Below are positions 26,062 through 32,000 of a DNA stretch of 32,000 nt, in pieces (within the stretch, counting starts at the first letter, position 1; every line of letters begins with the position of its first letter). The stretch spans positions 2,490,001 to 2,522,000 of the forward strand of contig OY780959.1 of assembly GCA_963675915.1 (NCBI GenBank), written 5' to 3'. Under the pieces are notes generated by a model that was not told where the DNA came from, did no database searches, and was given only the letters and a program-made list of their open reading frames with translations. The DNA comes from Coprobacillaceae bacterium. GTDB taxonomy: Bacteria; Bacillota_I; Bacilli_A; Erysipelotrichales; Coprobacillaceae. The translations under genes were made by a program, and so were the position numbers.

Positions 26062-27285
26062 GTGAGTACTTTTGTCAAAAGATTTTTCCGCTTTAAAGGG
26101 GCCGATAAAGGAATCTACATTTGCCTGTTCATCATGTGTGTGTTTGGAATACTAATGGTTTGGTCAGCCGCAAATGGATCCGTTCCTAAATATGGAACTA
26201 TCAGCGCCTTCAAGAAAACCGCGCAACAGGGCTTGTACATGTTTGGTGGGGCGATTGCCATGACTGTCTTTGCCAAAACTTTCAAAGCCAACCGAATCAA
26301 CTGGAGGATTATGCGGACAGTTTTCATTGCCAATTGGGTGATGATGCTGATGTGCCGCCTGTTCACGCCCGTGAACGGGGCTTATGCCTGGATCCGTCTG
26401 CCGGCCGGCTTTACGATTCAGCCAGGAGAATTTATGAAGATTACCCTGATTATATCAGTGGCTTTTTGTGTAACGGTGGTTTATGACAGTTTCGAGGTCA
26501 GACCGCGTTTCCACTCCAGTGAAGAAAAGCAGCAGTTTTTCAAGGACCGCCTGATTCGCAGTCTGGCGATTCCGCTGGTTCTCATTGCCGTGGCTTTTTT
26601 AACAGGAGTTGCCATCAACGATGACTTGGGATCATCACTGATTTTGGGGTTGATTGCCCTGATTGTTTTCATGTATGCCCCAGGCAAACTATATCGCAAC
26701 TATAAAAAGATGGCGATCATCGGCATTGCCGCGCTAGGAGTTTTGGCTTTTTTCATGGGTAAATACGTGCTCGATAGTTATCAGATAAAAAGGTTCACCA
26801 TCATGTTGAATCCCTTAAGTGATCCAACTGACTCGGGCTATCAGCTGGTGAACTCGTTGATTGCCATTGTCAATGGTGGGTTATCAGGATTGGGTCTTGA
26901 CAATTCGACTCAGAAATTCGGTTATATTCCCGAAGCCTACAATGACTTTATCGGGGCAATAATCATGGAGGAGTTCGGGATTGCCGGGTTGCTGCTGGTT
27001 TTATTGCCTTTCACTTATATAATAGTGGTATTGCTGGTTTATGGTGCCAAAGTCAAATCGAATCTTGAAAGTCTGATTCTGATTGGAATCTCGACTTATT
27101 TCTTTGCCCATCTGCTGGTCAATCTGGGCGGTATCACCGGGCTGATACCAATGACCGGAGTTCCGTTGCTGTTCATTTCGTATGGAGGATCGTCGATTCT
27201 GACCGCATTTATCGCAGTGGGGATTTCCCAGGCAATAATCGCAAAATACAACAAGGAGCGTCTCAGTGGAACAAAAAATAGATGA
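26062..27285 (+). CDS. FtsW/RodA/SpoVE (SEDS) family peptidoglycan polymerase
   Basis: About 10-TM protein with a SEDS-like C-terminal region (SGYQLVNSLIAIVNGGLSGLGL, IPEAYNDFIGAII, GLIPMTGVPLLFISYGGSS). The GTG start has a weak RBS, so the exact start is uncertain. Confidence 0.8.
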   Translation: MSTFVKRFFRFKGADKGIYICLFIMCVFGILMVWSAANGSVPKYGTISAFKKTAQQGLYMFGGAIAMTVFAKTFKANRINWRIMRTVFIANWVMMLMCRLFTPVNGAYAWIRLPAGFTIQPGEFMKITLIISVAFCVTVVYDSFEVRPRFHSSEEKQQFFKDRLIRSLAIPLVLIAVAFLTGVAINDDLGSSLILGLIALIVFMYAPGKLYRNYKKMAIIGIAALGVLAFFMGKYVLDSYQIKRFTIMLNPLSDPTDSGYQLVNSLIAIVNGGLSGLGLDNSTQKFGYIPEAYNDFIGAIIMEEFGIAGLLLVLLPFTYIIVVLLVYGAKVKSNLESLILIGISTYFFAHLLVNLGGITGLIPMTGVPLLFISYGGSSILTAFIAVGISQAIIAKYNKERLSGTKNR

Positions 27286-27622
27286 ATTGGTCGACCTGAT
27301 CAAGGAGACAGAACAATATCGTAATTTCCTGGCAAGTTCGCAGGAACTAGAACGCAGCGATGTCAAACAGTTGCTTGAGAGTCTCCAAGCCAAAATTGCC
27401 CAGATCAATGATTTGAAACAATATGGTGAATATGTCGATCTAAGCGACCTCAATCAGGAGCTTGTCGCAATCAGAAAAGAAGTAAGCAATAATGAAACAG
27501 TCCAACGATATTACCGTGATTATTATGCGGTAAATGAAATGCTTGATGGGCTGACGAAAATAATATTTAAGGATATCAGCGAAGATCTGATATTGAGTGA
27601 TTTGAATTTTAGGAGCAAATAA
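27266..27622 (+). CDS. ylbF: YlbF/YmcA-family regulatory protein
   Basis: Helical 118-aa protein (IDELVDLIKETEQYRNFLASSQ) located upstream of rsmD-coaD, as in the Bacillus ylb region. GTG start lies 8 nt after AGGAG. Confidence 0.6.
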   Translation: MEQKIDELVDLIKETEQYRNFLASSQELERSDVKQLLESLQAKIAQINDLKQYGEYVDLSDLNQELVAIRKEVSNNETVQRYYRDYYAVNEMLDGLTKIIFKDISEDLILSDLNFRSK

Positions 27623-28176
27623 TGAGAGTAGTAGCAGGAGAGTATCGGTCTCGTCAATTGAAAAGCGTCAAATCGGATGCGACCAGACCGACAACTGATA
27701 AAAACAAGGAAAGCATGTTCAATATTATCGGGCCGTTTTTTGATGGCGGGGTCGTGTTGGATTTGTTTGCCGGAAGCGGTGGTTTGGGTATTGAAGCCAT
27801 CAGCAGAGGCTGCGACTATTTGTACAGTGTCGATAAGCAATATCAGGCCTTCAAGGTAATCAAAGAGAATATCGCCTCTTTGAAAATTGAAAACGCCAAA
27901 GTGTTCAAGATGGATTATCTCAAGGCTTTGGACAAATTCGATGAGGAGAAAATCAAATTTGACCTGGTTTTCCTGGATCCTCCTTATGGCAAGGGGTTCA
28001 TCGACAAAATCCTCGAAAAACTGACAACTGCCAAAATGCTTAATGATAAGGCGGTCATCGTTGTCGAGGAATTGAAAGAAACAACATTTGAAATGCCGGA
28101 TTCCCTCAAACTGATTAAACGGCATGAATATGGAATTACGGCATTGAATATACTAGAATATGGAGTTGAAAAATGA
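27622..28176 (+). CDS. rsmD: 16S rRNA (guanine966-N2)-methyltransferase
   Basis: MRVVAGEYRSRQLKSV...TRPTTDK, DLFAGSGGLGIEAISRG and the DPPY motif. Confidence 0.88.
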   Translation: MRVVAGEYRSRQLKSVKSDATRPTTDKNKESMFNIIGPFFDGGVVLDLFAGSGGLGIEAISRGCDYLYSVDKQYQAFKVIKENIASLKIENAKVFKMDYLKALDKFDEEKIKFDLVFLDPPYGKGFIDKILEKLTTAKMLNDKAVIVVEELKETTFEMPDSLKLIKRHEYGITALNILEYGVEK

Positions 28177-28685
28177 AAAAAAACATCGCGGTTTACGCTG
28201 GAACTTTTGACCCGATAACAAATGGACATTTGGATATTATCGAAAGAGCCAGTTCAGTATTTGATAAATTATATGTCACAATATTTGTGAACATACACAA
28301 GGAAGGTTTGCTTTCAGTTGATGAAAGAGTGGCCCTGATCAAAGAGTCAACCAAGCAATATGAAAATGTCGAGGTTGATTTTTCCAGCAAACTTGCTGTA
28401 GAATATGCCAAGGACGTGAATGCCAACATCCTGGTAAGAGGAATGAGAGCTACAATGGATTTCGAATATGAGTTGCAGATTGCCTTTGCGAACCAGTATC
28501 TGGAAAAAGATATCGAGATGGTGTTTTTCATGACTCGTCAATCACACTCTTTTATCTCCAGTTCGACGGTAAAAGAGATAGTATCACACAACCGCTCAGT
28601 CAAGGATCTTGTCCCTGAATGTGTTGAAGAAGCATTAAAAAGGAAGCTATTAGAAAACAAGGAGAAACTAGATGAACGTATTTAA
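28173..28685 (+). CDS. coaD: Pantetheine-phosphate adenylyltransferase
   Basis: AVYAGTFDPITNGHLDIIERA (T/HxGH nucleotidyltransferase motif) and ISSSTVKE. ATGA overlap with rsmD. Confidence 0.92.
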   Translation: MKKNIAVYAGTFDPITNGHLDIIERASSVFDKLYVTIFVNIHKEGLLSVDERVALIKESTKQYENVEVDFSSKLAVEYAKDVNANILVRGMRATMDFEYELQIAFANQYLEKDIEMVFFMTRQSHSFISSSTVKEIVSHNRSVKDLVPECVEEALKRKLLENKEKLDERI

Positions 28686-29544
28686 ACTTCAAGATTTTAC
28701 CAATCAGGAAATAAACGATATTTTGGATTTGGCTGAAGAGTTTAAAGCGGGTAAAAAAGTCGATTATCAAGGTCAAAAGGTTGTTTGCAACCTTTTTTTC
28801 GAGCCGTCTACCCGTACCCACTACTCATTTGACAAAGCAGCGATGAATCTGGGGTGCAAGACCCAAAATTTCGAGGCGCAGAACTCATCGATTCGAAAAG
28901 GCGAGTCGCTCTATGATACAGTTAAGTTTTTTGAAAGTATCGGGGTTGATGCAATGGTGATCCGCCATCCCCAAAAAAATTACTTCCTCGATCTTGAGGA
29001 GCGAATCTCAACACCAATCATTTCAGGTGGTGACGGAACCGGAAACCATCCTAGTCAATCGTTGTTGGACCTTATGACTATCCGCGAAGAGTTCGGTCAC
29101 TTTGAAGGCCTGAAAGTGGTTATTGTCGGTGACGTGGTCCATTCTAGAGTTGCTCATACCAATTACGAAGTGATGAATCGGCTGGGCATGGAAGTATATA
29201 CGTCAGGTCCTGAAATTTTTGAAGAAGAGGGATACAATTTCATCGAGTTCGATAAGATTGTCGGTGAAGTTGACGTAGTAATGCTCCTTAGAGTTCAATA
29301 TGAGCGGCATGAAAAGAACTTCAATATGTCGACTCAGCTGTATCATAACAGTTATGGGCTTAACGCTCAAAGAGTGGAAAAGATGAAAGATAGTGCCATC
29401 ATCATGCATCCGGCGCCGTTCAATCGGAATGTTGAGATTGCCGATGATGTGGTTGAATGTGATAAAAGTAGAATATTCAAACAAATGGCCAATGGGGTAT
29501 TTGTGAGAATGGCGTTGTTGAATAAGGTGATAGGCGATGAATAA
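28672..29544 (+). CDS. pyrB: Aspartate carbamoyltransferase catalytic subunit
   Basis: FFEPSTRTHYSF, HPSQSLLD and HPAPFNR motifs. AGGAG lies 7 nt upstream of the start. 14-nt overlap with coaD. Confidence 0.92.
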   Translation: MNVFKLQDFTNQEINDILDLAEEFKAGKKVDYQGQKVVCNLFFEPSTRTHYSFDKAAMNLGCKTQNFEAQNSSIRKGESLYDTVKFFESIGVDAMVIRHPQKNYFLDLEERISTPIISGGDGTGNHPSQSLLDLMTIREEFGHFEGLKVVIVGDVVHSRVAHTNYEVMNRLGMEVYTSGPEIFEEEGYNFIEFDKIVGEVDVVMLLRVQYERHEKNFNMSTQLYHNSYGLNAQRVEKMKDSAIIMHPAPFNRNVEIADDVVECDKSRIFKQMANGVFVRMALLNKVIGDE

Positions 29545-30808
29545 GACATTATATAAAAACGGAAATGTATATTATCAAGGTGAAATCCAAAACCTCGATG
29601 TCCTGGTTGAAGGTGATTTGATTGTGGAAATCGCTCCTGGAATCGAAGCGGAAGCGAAAGTGATTGACTTGAATGGGAAACTTCTTACTTTGGGGTTTGT
29701 CGATCTTCATGTCCATCTGCGTGAACCGGGACTGGAATACAAGGAAACTGTCAAAACAGGGACGTTATCGGCTTTACATGGCGGATACAGCCATATAGTG
29801 GCAATGGCCAACACTCGTCCGGTAATGGATGATTTAGCCACTATTGAAAGGCTCGAAGCCATTATCAAAAATGATGCCGCAGTCCACACCTATTCATACA
29901 GTGCCATCACCAAAGGGCTGGCTGGAAATGAATTGGTGGATTTCAAGGAAAATCTTACCAATGACATTATTGTCGGATTCTCCGATGATGGTCGCGGGGT
30001 TCAATCATGTGATATGATGGATGAAGCGATGAAAATTGCCAAGGAAAACGATACTTTGATTGTAGCCCATTGCGAGGATGAAGCGGAACTGGTTACCGGA
30101 GGATCAATCAACCTTTCGGGAGTCAGTGAAAAGCTGGGATTGGTTGGAATCAATAATGCTTCGGAATCCAATCAGGCCTGCCGTGATCTGGAACTCGCCA
30201 ACGAAATCCAAAATCGCTATCATATTTGTCATATCTCGACTAGAGAAACGGTTGAATGTCTTAGCAAATATCACAGTGATCTGATTTCCGGAGAGGTATG
30301 TCCGCATCATCTGATCCTATGTGACGAAGATGTCGAGAAGGAAAATCCAAATTACAAGATGAATCCACCGCTTCGTTCTAAAGAAGATGTTGCTGCCTTG
30401 ATCAAGGCGCTTAACGATGGGGTGATTACCTGCATATCGACCGATCATGCTCCTCATTCTCGCGAGGAAAAAGACCAGCCGATTGAAAAAGCCCCATTTG
30501 GAATCATCGGAATCCAACAGGCTTTCAGCCTATGTTACACACACCTGGTTCAAAAAGGAATGTTGAAGTTAGAAACGTTATTGGACTGTATGAGTGTCAA
30601 TCCAGCCCGAGTAATCAGACTGGATCATCATCTCGAAGCTGGGAAAAAAGCCAATTTCTGTGTGATTGATCTCGAACGCGAATACGAGATCACTGAAGAA
30701 TCAATCAAGTCAAAATCAATCAATACGCCATTTTTGCACACCAAGGCCAGCGGTTTGGTGGTAATGAATGTAATTGATGGCAAATTAAATATGTTAGAAG
30801 GAGAGTAG
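29537..30808 (+). CDS. pyrC: Dihydroorotase
   Basis: FVDLHVHLREPG metal-binding motif, plus HCED and STDHAPH. 8-nt overlap with pyrB. Confidence 0.92.
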   Translation: MNKTLYKNGNVYYQGEIQNLDVLVEGDLIVEIAPGIEAEAKVIDLNGKLLTLGFVDLHVHLREPGLEYKETVKTGTLSALHGGYSHIVAMANTRPVMDDLATIERLEAIIKNDAAVHTYSYSAITKGLAGNELVDFKENLTNDIIVGFSDDGRGVQSCDMMDEAMKIAKENDTLIVAHCEDEAELVTGGSINLSGVSEKLGLVGINNASESNQACRDLELANEIQNRYHICHISTRETVECLSKYHSDLISGEVCPHHLILCDEDVEKENPNYKMNPPLRSKEDVAALIKALNDGVITCISTDHAPHSREEKDQPIEKAPFGIIGIQQAFSLCYTHLVQKGMLKLETLLDCMSVNPARVIRLDHHLEAGKKANFCVIDLEREYEITEESIKSKSINTPFLHTKASGLVVMNVIDGKLNMLEGE

Positions 30809-30809
30809 T

Positions 30810-32000
<1,191 letters not shown>

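Noticed and set aside
27523-28125. 200-aa minus-strand ORF opposite rsmD/ylbF. The same applies to the other long antisense ORFs at 3724..4188, 12826..13290, 16376..16882 and 31621..31917.
   Set aside because: All of them lie antisense to confidently identified + strand genes, lack start signals and have no recognisable motifs. They are treated as spurious.
28550-28690. Search for a PyrR-binding loop or attenuator upstream of pyrB
   Set aside because: There is no UCCAGAGAGG-like sequence and no terminator hairpin with a T tract. The region is coaD coding sequence.

Overview
This window looks like dense chromosomal core from a low-GC Gram-positive (Bacillota-type) genome. Supporting markers are a T-box leader, the Ktr K+ system, DarA, YlbF, UPF0223 and PyrK-type DHODH. 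I call 38 protein genes. 34 are on the + strand, and many junctions overlap by 1-20 nt, so the genes appear organised into long, translationally coupled operons. Gene order, left to right:
- two orphan flavoproteins, ktrB, ktrA, darA (c-di-AMP receptor), folC
- scpA, scpB, a DUF5662-like gene, a LysR regulator, an Fe-alcohol dehydrogenase, a small acidic orphan ORF, rluB
- T-box leader and thrS
- SPL-type radical SAM gene, thyA, folA, plsC, a DUF134 gene
- on the minus strand: PFK with PPi-type signature residues, rsmF-like gene, HD-domain gene
- a flavodoxin-like orphan, P-II (glnK) and amtB, a Dabb protein, def (minus strand)
- FtsX-type ABC permease and ATPase, UPF0223 gene, SEDS (FtsW/RodA) gene, ylbF, rsmD, coaD, pyrB, pyrC, pyrK, pyrD (3' end cut by the window edge)

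RNA and regulatory features that can be supported are one T-box riboswitch, about ten Rho-independent terminators, and several extended -10 (TGnTATAAT) promoters.

I found no tRNA or rRNA gene, CRISPR array, transposase, integrase, phage gene or recognisable defence or toxin system. I cannot honestly point to a clear novel multi-gene system here. The observations most worth following up are:
- the ktrBA-darA adjacency (c-di-AMP and K+)
- an apparent frameshift at the 5' end of the radical SAM gene
- an inverted repeat embedded in the near-consensus promoter of the P-II/amt operon that does not match the TnrA/GlnR box
- an ambiguous AACACU specifier region in the thrS T-box
- an accessory insertion, including a very acidic orphan ORF, between scpB and rluB
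- pyr genes fused to coaD with no visible PyrR-type leader

All family assignments come from reading the translated ORFs by eye. No database search was run.
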